From assembly GCA_965202805.1 (NCBI GenBank), contig OZ241869.1, positions 3,744,001 through 3,808,000 of the forward strand: a stretch of DNA of 64,000 nucleotides. Direction: 5' to 3'. Made by a program: the position numbers and the translations under genes. Within the stretch, counting starts at the first letter, position 1. The number at the start of each line of letters is the position of its first letter. Under the pieces are notes generated by a model. It had not been told where the DNA came from. It worked only from the letters and a program-made list of their open reading frames with translations, and ran no database searches. Positions 8,228 through 17,466 of this stretch are shown piece by piece. The DNA is from Longimicrobiales bacterium (GTDB lineage Bacteria > Gemmatimonadota > Gemmatimonadetes > Longimicrobiales > Gaopeijiaceae).

Positions 8228-9646
8228 ATGCTGAGAACCAAGTTGGTGTGTACGCTGGGCCCGGCCACGTTCTCGCCCGGGATGGTCCGCCATCTGGTCG
8301 ACTCAGGAATGACGATGGCGCGCCTGAACATGTCCCACGGTCTCCGTGAGGATCACCTGGAGGCCGTAGCCCTCGTCCGACGCGCGGCTGCGGAAGCGGG
8401 CACGCCGGTCTCGATTCTCGCAGACCTGGGCGGCCCCAAGATACGCGTGGGCAAGCTGGACTCGCCCCTCTTTCTGGCGGAGGGCCAGGAAGTGGTGATT
8501 GCCCCGGAGGAGACGGTTCTCGCCGGGGAGATCGCGACGACCTACCGACACCTGGCAGACGACGTGGTCATCGGCGACCGCGTCCTCCTCGACGATGGCC
8601 TGATCGAATTGCGCTGCGTGGGCAAGGGCGGGGGCAAGGCCCGCTTCGTGGTGGAGTGCGGTGGTCGGCTGAAGAGCTTCAAGGGCATGAACGTGCCCGG
8701 CGCCAACCTAAGCACTCCCTCGCTCACCGAGCGGGATCTGGACGACCTCGACTTCGCCCTGGAGGCCGGCGTCGAATACGTCGGCCTGTCCTTCGTCCGA
8801 CGAAGCGCGGACATCGAGGAGTTGAAGGAGAAGGTCGCGGGCCGAGCCCTCGTGGTGGCGAAGATCGAGCTCGTGCGCGCCCTGGCGTCGATCGAGGAGA
8901 TCGTGAAGGCGACCGACGCGGTCATGGTCGCTCGGGGCGACCTCGGGGTGGAGCTTCCATTCGAGCAGGTGCCGCTGGCACAGAAGCGCATCGTGCAGCT
9001 GGCGAACTACTCGGGCCGCCCGGTCATCATCGCGACCCAGATGCTCGATTCGATGATCCAGAGTCCGCGCCCGACGCGAGCCGAAGCCTCCGATGTCGCC
9101 AATGCGGTCCTGGACGGCACCGACGCCGTGATGCTGTCCGGGGAGACGGCGGTCGGGGAGTACCCGCTGCACGCCGCGCAGGCGATGACGCGCATCATCC
9201 GCGAGATCGAGGGCTCCGGCGTACTGGCTCAGGGTCCCCGCTACCTCGCCCGCCCCGACGAATGGCGGCGCGGGGGCGCGAGCCGGCGCGAACATGCCGT
9301 GGCCTCGTGCACCGTGGACGCCGTCCGCCAGTTGGGGTCGCCCGCGGTGCTCGTGATCACCAGCAGCGGCTTCTCGGCGCGCCTGGTTTCATCGTACCGT
9401 CCGCCGGTCCCGATCTTTGCCGTGTGCACCGAGCCGAGGACCTTCCGCCAGCTGGCGCCCGTCTGGGGTGTGTGGCCGACACTGGCGACCGACGTGCCGG
9501 TGAACTACTCGGCCCTGTCCGCCTACGGAAAGGAGGCGGTCGTGCGGGCGGGGGTCGGGAAGCCGGGCGAGTCGGTCGTGGTGACCGCCGGCTATCCCTT
9601 CCACGAGAGGGGGTCGACCAACACCATGCGCGTGGAACAACTTTAG
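8228..9646 (+). CDS. pyk: Pyruvate kinase
   Basis: RTKLVCTLGPA, ARLNMSHG, DLGGPKIR, AKIE, VMVARGDLGVE, ATQMLDSM, DAVMLSGETA. Alternative GTG start at 8216. Confidence 0.96.
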   Translation: MLRTKLVCTLGPATFSPGMVRHLVDSGMTMARLNMSHGLREDHLEAVALVRRAAAEAGTPVSILADLGGPKIRVGKLDSPLFLAEGQEVVIAPEETVLAGEIATTYRHLADDVVIGDRVLLDDGLIELRCVGKGGGKARFVVECGGRLKSFKGMNVPGANLSTPSLTERDLDDLDFALEAGVEYVGLSFVRRSADIEELKEKVAGRALVVAKIELVRALASIEEIVKATDAVMVARGDLGVELPFEQVPLAQKRIVQLANYSGRPVIIATQMLDSMIQSPRPTRAEASDVANAVLDGTDAVMLSGETAVGEYPLHAAQAMTRIIREIEGSGVLAQGPRYLARPDEWRRGGASRREHAVASCTVDAVRQLGSPAVLVITSSGFSARLVSSYRPPVPIFAVCTEPRTFRQLAPVWGVWPTLATDVPVNYSALSAYGKEAVVRAGVGKPGESVVVTAGYPFHERGSTNTMRVEQL

Positions 9647-9654
9647 ATGCCTCG

Positions 9655-10488
9655 ATGTCGTTCTCGCTGACCTTCCTGGGCACCGGCACCTCGTACGGGG
9701 TACCGGTCATCGGATGTCGGTGCGACACCTGTACCTCGAGCGACCCGCGCGACAAGCGCACGCGGCACGGCGCCCTCCTGCGCTTCGGGGACCGCCGGCT
9801 CCTGGTCGACACGCCCCCGGAACTGAGGCTGCAGCTTCTCGGCGAGGGTGTCTCCGCGCTGGACGCGGTGTGGTTCACGCACGCGCACGCGGACCACATC
9901 CACGGCATCGACGACCTGCGGGTGTTCACGGCGCTCTACGGGGGAAGGATCAGCGCCTGGATGCATCCGTCGGTGGCTCGCGAGCTGCGCCGCCGTTTTC
10001 CGTACATCTTCGACCCCCGACCCCGGCCCTCGGACGGCGTCTACCTCCCGGAGCTGGACGTCTTCACCTTCCGGGAGGGAAGGCCGGTGGACATCCTCGA
10101 TCAGGTCTTTCTGCCGCTGGGAGTGCCCCACGGCGAGATCCGCTCCTACGGTTTCCGCGTCGGGGGACTCGGGTATGTGACGGATGCCAAGCGGCTTCCG
10201 CGGGCGGCGCTGGAAGGGCTCAGAGGAGCGGATGTGCTGGTGCTGAATGCGCTTTGGTACGGGGATCCCCATCCGACCCATTTCAACGTCGAGGAAGCCG
10301 TCGCCGCCGCACGGGCGGTCGGGGCCCGCAGGACCTACCTAACCCACCTCACCCACCGGGTGCGGCACGAAGATCTGTGCCGACGTCTTCCGGACGACAT
10401 CCGGCCCGCCTTCGACGGACTCACCCTGAAGGTGGAGGATACGTGCACCGCTCCCGGGCGGCCTCCGTCGCCGGCGGACAGCGCATGA
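9655..10488 (+). CDS. MBL-fold metallo-hydrolase (PhnP/YcfH-like phosphodiesterase)
   Basis: FLGTGTSYGVP.IGC.C.TC.S, THAHADHIHG (HxHxDH), YVTD, HPTH, LTHLTH. Start at ATG 9655. Confidence 0.9.
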   Translation: MSFSLTFLGTGTSYGVPVIGCRCDTCTSSDPRDKRTRHGALLRFGDRRLLVDTPPELRLQLLGEGVSALDAVWFTHAHADHIHGIDDLRVFTALYGGRISAWMHPSVARELRRRFPYIFDPRPRPSDGVYLPELDVFTFREGRPVDILDQVFLPLGVPHGEIRSYGFRVGGLGYVTDAKRLPRAALEGLRGADVLVLNALWYGDPHPTHFNVEEAVAAARAVGARRTYLTHLTHRVRHEDLCRRLPDDIRPAFDGLTLKVEDTCTAPGRPPSPADSA

Positions 10489-11876
10489 GCGCCGTCACCG
10501 TCGACTACCGGAACCTCCTCGCCATCGACGAAGGCGAGGAGGGTGTCGATCCGGCGCGCCTCAGCGGCGACCTGGGCTCGCTGTTCCGCGAGGCGCACAA
10601 CGATGTCGAACGGGCGCGCCGGAGCGGGAGCATGGGCTTCTTCGACCTGCCGCGCGCCGCGGAGGGCACGGCCCGCATCCGTCGCGCGGTCGCCCGACTG
10701 CGGGGACGCTTCGACGACTTCGTGGTGCTCGGCATCGGCGGGTCGGCGCTGGGGACCCGCACCCTGCGGGATGCCCTCGGCGGCGGGGATCCAACCCGCG
10801 GGGCAAGGGGCGCCGCCGTCCCCCATCCGCGCCTTCACGTGGCGGACAACATCGATCCGCACTCGATCGGCGCCTTGCTGGACCGCCTCGACATGCGAAG
10901 GACGTTCTTCAACGTGGTCAGCAAATCGGGCTCGACGACCGAGACGCTGGCCCAGTATCTGGTGGTTGCCGAGCGCCTCGGGCGGGATGTGGGGGCTGAT
11001 CAGGCGCGCGAGCACTTCCTCTTCACCACGGATCCGTTGCGAGGGCCGCTCCGCGCTCTGGCCGAGGCGACCGCCATTCCCACCCTCCCGGTGCCGCGCA
11101 ACGTGGGGGGGCGTTTCTCGGTTCTGTCGGCCGTCGGCCTGTTCCCCGCAGCGGCAGCCGGCCTCGATGTGACGGCGCTGCTCCGGGGCGCGGCCCGCAT
11201 GGAAGAACGTTGCCGCACGGGCGAGCTGACGCGGAATCCCGCCGGCGTGGTGGCGACCCTTCTGCACCGCGCCGATGTAGAGCGGGGGCAGCGGGTGCAC
11301 GTATTCATGCCCTACTGCGACCGTCTCCGCTCCTTCGCCCTCTGGGTGCAGCAGCTGTGGGGCGAGTCCCTTGGCAAGGCCACGAGGTCCGACGGCCGGC
11401 CCGCGGCCACCGGTCCCACCCCCCTCCCGGCGGCGGGAGCGACCGATCAGCACTCGCTCCTGCAGCTCTTCATGGACGGGCCCGCGGACAAGGTGGTGTG
11501 CTTTCTGACCGTCGACGCGGCCGACGATCCGATCCCGATCGGCGACGCGCCCGCCTCGTCGCCCGCCTTCGAGTTCCCCGAGGGTCACACGCTCAACCAG
11601 CTGATGGCCGTCGAGCACGCCGCGACGGCGGCCGCGCTTCGAACGCGCGGAAGGCCCAGCCTGACCATCCGGCTGGCGAGGCTCGACGCCGAGACCGTGG
11701 GCGGACTCATCCTGCTCTTCCAGGCGGCGACCGTGTACGCCGGATTCCTCTACGGGGTGGATCCGCTCACCCAGCCGGGCGTGGAGCTGGGCAAACGGTA
11801 TGTGCACGGCCTGCTGGGCCGTTCGGGCTGCGACCCTCCCCGCATGGAGGAAGCCAATCACCCCTGGCAGGTGTAG
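10485..11876 (+). CDS. pgi: Glucose-6-phosphate isomerase
   Basis: GIGGSALG, VSKSGSTTET, VGGRFSVLS, QLWGESLGK, DQHS, QPGVELGK. ATGA overlap with the upstream gene. Confidence 0.94.
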   Translation: MSAVTVDYRNLLAIDEGEEGVDPARLSGDLGSLFREAHNDVERARRSGSMGFFDLPRAAEGTARIRRAVARLRGRFDDFVVLGIGGSALGTRTLRDALGGGDPTRGARGAAVPHPRLHVADNIDPHSIGALLDRLDMRRTFFNVVSKSGSTTETLAQYLVVAERLGRDVGADQAREHFLFTTDPLRGPLRALAEATAIPTLPVPRNVGGRFSVLSAVGLFPAAAAGLDVTALLRGAARMEERCRTGELTRNPAGVVATLLHRADVERGQRVHVFMPYCDRLRSFALWVQQLWGESLGKATRSDGRPAATGPTPLPAAGATDQHSLLQLFMDGPADKVVCFLTVDAADDPIPIGDAPASSPAFEFPEGHTLNQLMAVEHAATAAALRTRGRPSLTIRLARLDAETVGGLILLFQAATVYAGFLYGVDPLTQPGVELGKRYVHGLLGRSGCDPPRMEEANHPWQV

Positions 11877-12007
11877 GAGGATCCGGGAATCGCGGAGGGC
11901 GCCGGTTCGCAGGGTAGGCTTCCCCCTCCGGAGACCCTAGTTTGTATCGGGATGGGACGGCTGTGGCCGCCTGCGGCGGCTGCCGGTTATTGCATGGGAG
12001 AAGCGGG

Positions 12008-12469
12008 ATGCCTCAGGGAGAAGACGCACCGCTCGTCGTAATCGAGCGTGACGGCGGTTCGAACACGGGTGCCTTTCTGCTCGGCGCCGTGGTCGGTGCC
12101 GGACTCGCGCTGCTTCTTGCTCCCCGGTCCGGCAAGGAGACCCAGGAGCAGCTGAAGGCCCGGGCGCGCGAGTTCCGGGATGTCGCCCAGGAGCGGGTGC
12201 GCGTGGCCCAGGAAGGCCTCGAGGAGAGGCTGGGGCGGGCCGGCGAACAGGTCCGGGAACAGATCGAATCGGTGAGAGGAGCGGTGGACGCGGGCCGCCG
12301 GGCGGCGGTGGACGCGCGCGCGGAACTGCAGGACAGGATCGAGACCTCCAAGGCTGCCTATCGGGCTGCGAGTGATGCCGCTCGGCAGGTCGTCAGCGAC
12401 GCCGGAGCGCGGGAGAACGGGGAACACGATGACGATGCCGGGGACGAGCTGGCGCCACACGCGGACTGA
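12008..12469 (+). CDS. YtxH domain-containing protein
   Basis: FLLGAVVGAGLALLLAPRSGKET motif followed by a helical coiled coil. Confidence 0.88.
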   Translation: MPQGEDAPLVVIERDGGSNTGAFLLGAVVGAGLALLLAPRSGKETQEQLKARAREFRDVAQERVRVAQEGLEERLGRAGEQVREQIESVRGAVDAGRRAAVDARAELQDRIETSKAAYRAASDAARQVVSDAGARENGEHDDDAGDELAPHAD

Positions 12470-12485
12470 GGCCGGCGCGGCGACG

Positions 12486-13085
12486 GTGTTGCGAGGCGCG
12501 CTGCTGCTGATCGGTCTCCTCACGCCCGTCGCCACTGGGGCACAGGGCTTCGACGACCACCCGCTGGTCACCGACCGCTCGCGGGTGTTGGCGCGCGACG
12601 TCGCCGTGGGGACGTCGCTCCTTCCCTCCCATGAGCGCTATGTCGTCGTTCATCTGGCCGAGAATCGGCTCTTCGTGATGGAGGGCGAGAGCGCCATCTG
12701 GTCGGCGCCCGTCGGCACAGGGACCGGGTTCAACCTGAACGGAGCCGGCCAGAAATGGCACTTCTCCACGCCCCGCGGGATCATGAAGGTCCGGTACAAG
12801 GAAAAAAACCCCGTCTGGATCGCTCCCGACTGGCACTTCGTCGAGAGAGGGGTTCCGGTTCCCCCGCAGCAGCATCCGTCCCGCTCGATCCCCGGCGCCC
12901 TCGGCACAACGGCGATCTATCTGGGTGACGGCATCGCGATTCACGGCACCTACCGGCCCGAACTGGTGCTCGATCCGGACCCGGAGCGGCGGCGCATCTC
13001 CCACGGGTGCATTCGCCTGACCAACGAGGCGGCCCGCGAACTCTACTACCTGATCGACGTGGGCACGCCGGTCCTCATCTTCTAG
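12486..13085 (+). CDS. L,D-transpeptidase (YkuD family), exported
   Basis: VGTG, TPRG, NPVW.AP, IAIHGT...SHGCIRL catalytic motif; signal peptide. Start uncertain (12372-12486). Confidence 0.88.
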   Translation: MLRGALLLIGLLTPVATGAQGFDDHPLVTDRSRVLARDVAVGTSLLPSHERYVVVHLAENRLFVMEGESAIWSAPVGTGTGFNLNGAGQKWHFSTPRGIMKVRYKEKNPVWIAPDWHFVERGVPVPPQQHPSRSIPGALGTTAIYLGDGIAIHGTYRPELVLDPDPERRRISHGCIRLTNEAARELYYLIDVGTPVLIF

Positions 13086-13102
13086 CAGCCCGGCGCGAGA
13101 TC

Positions 13103-13582
13103 GTGGTGCGGCCAGGCAAGGCGGGGCCAGCGGGCCGACTCGTCATCTCCCGCAACCGCAAGGCCCGGCACGAATACGAGGTGATCGAGACGCTCGAGGC
13201 GGGTCTGGTGCTCAAGGGGCCGGAAGTCAAGTCGGTGCGCGCGGGGAAGGTGGGGTTCAAGGATGCCTTTGCCCGCCTGGAGGGCACCGAGGTGTGGCTC
13301 CACAACCTGCACATAGGCCCCTACGAGCCGGCGACACACTGGAATGCCGATCCGGAGCGCCCACGCAAGCTTCTCCTCAGGCGCGCCGAGATCCGGCGGC
13401 TGATCGGCAGGGTCGAGGAGAAGGGGCTGACGCTGATTCCCCTGGACCTGTACATGCGCCGGGGGTACGCCAAGCTGACGCTGGCCCTCGCGCGCGGTCG
13501 CAAGCTCTACGACAAGAGGGAGAAGCTGCGCCGCCGGACCCAGGAACGGGAAGCCGAGCGGGCGATGAGGCGAGGCCGGTGA
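13103..13582 (+). CDS. smpB: SsrA-binding protein
   Basis: NRKARHEY, EAGLVLKGPEVKSVR, RKLLL, GLTLIPL, GRKLYDKRE. Start approximate (GTG 13103). Confidence 0.96.
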   Translation: MVRPGKAGPAGRLVISRNRKARHEYEVIETLEAGLVLKGPEVKSVRAGKVGFKDAFARLEGTEVWLHNLHIGPYEPATHWNADPERPRKLLLRRAEIRRLIGRVEEKGLTLIPLDLYMRRGYAKLTLALARGRKLYDKREKLRRRTQEREAERAMRRGR

Positions 13583-15291
13583 GGGGGCGCGGGCACCGGA
13601 CGAGGTGGGCCCCCGCGGCCCCGGTTCTGTGCGCGTGCCTGGTCGCGGGCTGTGCCTACTTCAACGCGCTCTACAACGCGCGGCGCGCCTTCGACGATGC
13701 CCAGGCCGCCCGCCTTCGGGACCAGCCGCTCGAGGCCGCTTCCGCGTATCAGGAGGCCATCGAGAAGGCGGCCCGCAGCTATCGGTCCGACGAAACCGGA
13801 CGCTGGGCCGACGACGCCCTCTACATCATGGGACGCGCCTACTTCCACAGCGGGGACTGGGCGCGGTCGCAGGCAGCGCTGGAGCGCCTGCTGGCGACCT
13901 CGAGCGACTCCGGCCTGCACACCGGGGCCCGCGTGTACCTGGGTGGGGTGGCGCTCGCCACGGGCCGGCGCGACCTCGGCATGCGCCTGCTCGACGAGGT
14001 CCTCGAAGAGGTGCCGGACGCGATGCTTCGCGCGGAAGGGCATCTCTGGCGCGCCCGGGCCGCGTTCGATGCCGGTCGCGCGCAGGAGGGATGGGCGGGC
14101 CTGGACCGGTCGGAGGAAGCCTCCCGTGAGCTGAGCGTCCCGGTTGCCCTGGAGCGCCTCGTGCGCGGGCTGGACAACGACCACTTCGAGCACGCGCGGG
14201 CGGGTGCGGCCACGGTGCTCGAGCAGGCGTCCGGAGAGGCCTGGGCCGATACCGTCTTCGCCGCCGTGGAGCGGGCCTCCACACTCTGGGGGGCAGGACC
14301 CGCGGCTGACATGTTCGCCGCAGCCGAGCGCAGTGGCTGGACGCCCGCCGCGCGCGGCCGGGTCCGCCTCGAGCGGGCGCGCCTGCTCGCTCGCGCCGGC
14401 GATACGGTGGCGGCCCGGGAAATGGCCGGGGATGTGGCACGCGGCGACGACCGAACCGCGCGTGAGGCGCGCATCGCCCTCGCCCGCTGGCAGTTGAACG
14501 CCATCGATCGTCTCGAGGAGCTTGAGGAAGTCCGGGCGATCCTGCTCCCGGCCGTCGCGCTTTCCGAGGCGTTGCGCCTCATCGGCTACATGGAGCATGT
14601 CGGGCTGTTCGTCGAACGAGCGGCCACGACGGGGGACCATCTCGCACTATTCGCGGCGGCGGAACTGGCGCGCGACAGCCTCGGATCGCCGCACCTGGCC
14701 CGACAACTCTTCACCCTGTACGCCGACCGCGACCGCGGCTCCCCCTGGGAGGCCAAGGCCTTGATGGCGGCGCTCGAGCTGACCGGCCATGAAGATGGGC
14801 GGCGACCCATCGCGGCCCGCCTGAATCGGCTGGAGGACAACATCTACGTCCAGGCATCCGGGAGAGCTGAGGCGCGACCGGCCGACTACTCGCTGCTGGA
14901 GGGTCGGCTCGGCACATCTCTGACGATCCTGCATCAGCGCGTCGCCGCCGAGGCCGCCAACCGGGATGTCGCGGTGCGGGAAGCCGCACGCACGCTCGAC
15001 AGCATCCGGACCGCCGAAGACCTGGTGCGGCGAATCGCCGCCGGCGACTCGCTTGTGCTGGACTCCCTGCGGCTGGACTCGTTGCGGCTCGACTCGCTGA
15101 GGGCGGACTCGATCCGCCGCAGCGCCCCGGGGGCGGCCTCGACCGACGCGTTCTTCGCCCCCGATACCGTTCCACGGACCGACTCGATCCTCCCGGGAGA
15201 CTCCCTCCCCCGAAGGGACACGATCCCCCGCAGGGACACCCTGGCAGCCCGCGGGCGGTCCGCATCGGAGAGCACAGCCGGTGCGGCTTGA
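13579..15291 (+). CDS. Tetratricopeptide-repeat lipoprotein with repetitive D-S/T-rich C-terminal tail
   Basis: Lipobox VAGC, WADDALYIMGRAYF TPR-like helices, Ala-rich helical repeats. GTGA overlap with smpB. Confidence 0.8.
   Translation: MRGRGHRTRWAPAAPVLCACLVAGCAYFNALYNARRAFDDAQAARLRDQPLEAASAYQEAIEKAARSYRSDETGRWADDALYIMGRAYFHSGDWARSQAALERLLATSSDSGLHTGARVYLGGVALATGRRDLGMRLLDEVLEEVPDAMLRAEGHLWRARAAFDAGRAQEGWAGLDRSEEASRELSVPVALERLVRGLDNDHFEHARAGAATVLEQASGEAWADTVFAAVERASTLWGAGPAADMFAAAERSGWTPAARGRVRLERARLLARAGDTVAAREMAGDVARGDDRTAREARIALARWQLNAIDRLEELEEVRAILLPAVALSEALRLIGYMEHVGLFVERAATTGDHLALFAAAELARDSLGSPHLARQLFTLYADRDRGSPWEAKALMAALELTGHEDGRRPIAARLNRLEDNIYVQASGRAEARPADYSLLEGRLGTSLTILHQRVAAEAANRDVAVREAARTLDSIRTAEDLVRRIAAGDSLVLDSLRLDSLRLDSLRADSIRRSAPGAASTDAFFAPDTVPRTDSILPGDSLPRRDTIPRRDTLAARGRSASESTAGAA
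15058..15117 (+). repeat. Coding tandem repeat, 15 bp x4 (LDSLR x3, ADSIR)
   Basis: ctggactccctgcgg / ctggactcgttgcgg / ctcgactcgctgagg / gcggactcgatccgc. Confidence 0.9.
15154..15243 (+). repeat. Coding tandem repeat, 18 bp x5 (FAPDTV PRTDSI LPGDSL PRRDTI PRRDTL)
   Basis: Six-residue period, each unit ending D-[S/T]-[V/I/L]. Confidence 0.85.
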
Positions 15292-16240
15292 ACAGGAGCT
15301 GTTCGGGGCGCGGTTCCAGAACCCGGTGTTGCTCGCGGCCGGCACCTGCGGCTTCGGCAGGGCGCTGGCGGGGGTGTTGGAACTCGACCGGCTGGGTGGC
15401 CTGGTCACGAAGTCCGTGACCCTCGAACCGCGCGCCGGAAACCCGAGGCCCAGGGTGAGCGAGGGCGGTGGCGTGATGGTCAACTCCGTGGGGCTCGCCA
15501 ATCCCGGAGTGGAGCGGGTCAAGGCCGAGAAACTGCCATGGCTGGCCTCGCGGATGAAGCGCGCGCAGGTCTTCGTCAGCGTGGCGGGACATGCGGTGAA
15601 GGAATACTGCCAGATCGTCGAACATCTCGAGCCGGAGACGGGGTTCCTGGGATTCGAGCTGAATCTCTCCTGTCCCAATGTCCCGTCGAACGGCCTGCCC
15701 TTTGCGCTCGACACCGAAATGCTGGCGACGGTGGTCGCCCGCGTGCGTGCGATCACCGCCCGGCCGCTGCTGGTCAAGCTGGCCCCCAACTCGCCGGACA
15801 TCGCCGCGGCCGCCGAAGCCGCGGTGGCCGCCGGCGGCGACGGCGTCACCCTGCTGAACACCATGCCCGGAATGGTGATCGATCCGCAGACGCGGCGCCC
15901 TCGGCTCGGGGCCGGGGGCGGGGGACTCAGCGGGCCGTCCCTGCTTCCGGTCGGGGTGCACGCCGTGTGGCAGGCCAGCCGTCGCGTCGGCGCCCCGCTG
16001 GTGGGAGTCGGAGGTGTCCGCGGGCACCTCGATTGCATACAGTATCTGCTCGCCGGTGCTTCACTGGTCCAGGTGGGCACAGCCACCTTCGCCGATCCGC
16101 GGGCCGCGGAGCGCATCGTGCACCGACTGAGTGCCTACGGTCGCCGGCGGGGGATCGGCGCCGTCGCCGAACTGGTGGGCGCGGTCAGGTCGCCCGACGG
16201 ACAGGTTGCTTTCGGGAAGGGGGAGGCGCGCACGTCGTGA
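15281..16240 (+). CDS. pyrD: Dihydroorotate dehydrogenase, family 1 catalytic subunit
   Basis: NPVLLAAGT, TKSVT, GNP.PR, NSVGLANPG, ELNLSCPN (catalytic Cys), VKLAPN, GGLSG, QVGTA. Confidence 0.93.
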   Translation: MRLEQELFGARFQNPVLLAAGTCGFGRALAGVLELDRLGGLVTKSVTLEPRAGNPRPRVSEGGGVMVNSVGLANPGVERVKAEKLPWLASRMKRAQVFVSVAGHAVKEYCQIVEHLEPETGFLGFELNLSCPNVPSNGLPFALDTEMLATVVARVRAITARPLLVKLAPNSPDIAAAAEAAVAAGGDGVTLLNTMPGMVIDPQTRRPRLGAGGGGLSGPSLLPVGVHAVWQASRRVGAPLVGVGGVRGHLDCIQYLLAGASLVQVGTATFADPRAAERIVHRLSAYGRRRGIGAVAELVGAVRSPDGQVAFGKGEARTS

Positions 16241-16941
16241 GCGGCATCATCCTTGCCTTGGACTACCCCTCGGCCAGCCGGGCGCTCGAACTGGTCGATC
16301 TTCTGGCGGGGCGAGTCAATTTCTACAAGGTCGGGCTGGAACTCTTCGCACGCGAAGGTCCGGCGGTCGTTCATCATCTCCGGAAACGGGAAAAGCAGGT
16401 GTTCCTGGACCTCAAGCTGCACGACATACCGCGAACCGTGGCGGGCGCCGTTGCCGCCGCCTCGGAAATGGGCGCACGGCTGTTGACCGTGCACGCGGCG
16501 GGAGGAGCCAGAATGATGGAGGCTGCGGCCGGGGCCGCCGGGGAAGGGACGCGGCTTCTGGGGGTGACGATGCTTACCTCCCTGGGGACATCGTCGCTTC
16601 CGCGCGGTGCCGATGGCGTTCGCATGACGCCCGAGGACCATGTCCTTCAGCTCGCCGCCGGAGCGCGCGCGGCCGGTCTTGATGGAGTGGTGGCGTCTCC
16701 GCTGGAAACCGCAGCCCTGAGATGCCGTTTCGGGGACGGACTCCTCCTGGTCACTCCCGGCATTCGCCTGCCCCGGCAGTCTCTTCACGACCAGCGCCGC
16801 GTCGCGACCCCCCGCCGCGCCCGCGACGCCGGAGCCGACTACCTCGTCATCGGACGGGCGGTAACCGGCGCTCCGGATCCCCGCGCCGCTCTCGACGCCG
16901 TCGAGCGGGATCTCACCCGAGCCAGCCGCGACTCGTGCTGA
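16237..16941 (+). CDS. pyrF: Orotidine-5'-phosphate decarboxylase
   Basis: ALD, KVGLELF, FLDLKLHDIPRTV, TVHA.GG, VTPGIR, DQRRVATP, VIGR. Confidence 0.96.
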   Translation: MSGIILALDYPSASRALELVDLLAGRVNFYKVGLELFAREGPAVVHHLRKREKQVFLDLKLHDIPRTVAGAVAAASEMGARLLTVHAAGGARMMEAAAGAAGEGTRLLGVTMLTSLGTSSLPRGADGVRMTPEDHVLQLAAGARAAGLDGVVASPLETAALRCRFGDGLLLVTPGIRLPRQSLHDQRRVATPRRARDAGADYLVIGRAVTGAPDPRAALDAVERDLTRASRDSC

Positions 16942-16970
16942 AGACCGGCAATTCGAAACGCGCCAACACG

Positions 16971-17408
16971 ATGCGCGTTGTCGGGCTACTGGTCGCCGTG
17001 CTCTGCGCCTCCACCCCGGGGCCAGCGCGCACCCTGGCGTCGCAGGCATCCCTGGAGGGGGCCGCAGCCAATCTGGCCCGCATGTGGGAGCGGGGCTCCA
17101 CCGATGTCTTCGTGCAGGTTCTGGTGGCCGGCGGCATCCGCTTGCGGGTGGGAGGAGAAGATTACGTCTCGCTCTCCAGGCGTCAGGCGATTGCGGTTCT
17201 GCGCGACTATCTGGATGGTCACCGGACCGAGGCGACGCGACTGGAACGGGTCGCCGAAGTCGGGGGATCTCCTCTGCAGGGGTACGCGGCACTGCGCTGG
17301 ACCGTCGTGCACGAAGGAGCCTCCCGGCTGGTCGAACACGGCATCTACGTCGGCTTCGTGCGCGAGGACGAGGCCTGGCGTGTCTTCGAAATCCGCGTAT
17401 TACAGTGA
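16971..17408 (+). CDS. Exported protein of unknown function (possible NTF2/SnoaL-like, DUF4783-like)
   Basis: N-terminal hydrophobic signal, helix LSRRQAIAVLRDYL, terminal beta pattern W.V.EIR. Fills the pyrF-cysS gap. Confidence 0.7.
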   Translation: MRVVGLLVAVLCASTPGPARTLASQASLEGAAANLARMWERGSTDVFVQVLVAGGIRLRVGGEDYVSLSRRQAIAVLRDYLDGHRTEATRLERVAEVGGSPLQGYAALRWTVVHEGASRLVEHGIYVGFVREDEAWRVFEIRVLQ

Positions 17409-17466
17409 GTGAGCGTAGCCCGGTGAACGATCCCGGCGCGATCTCGAGCCTCTCCCGGAAGCCGGC

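Noticed and set aside
13086..13600. tmRNA (ssrA) next to smpB
   Set aside because: No intergenic space and no tRNA-Ala-like ends seen in the window.
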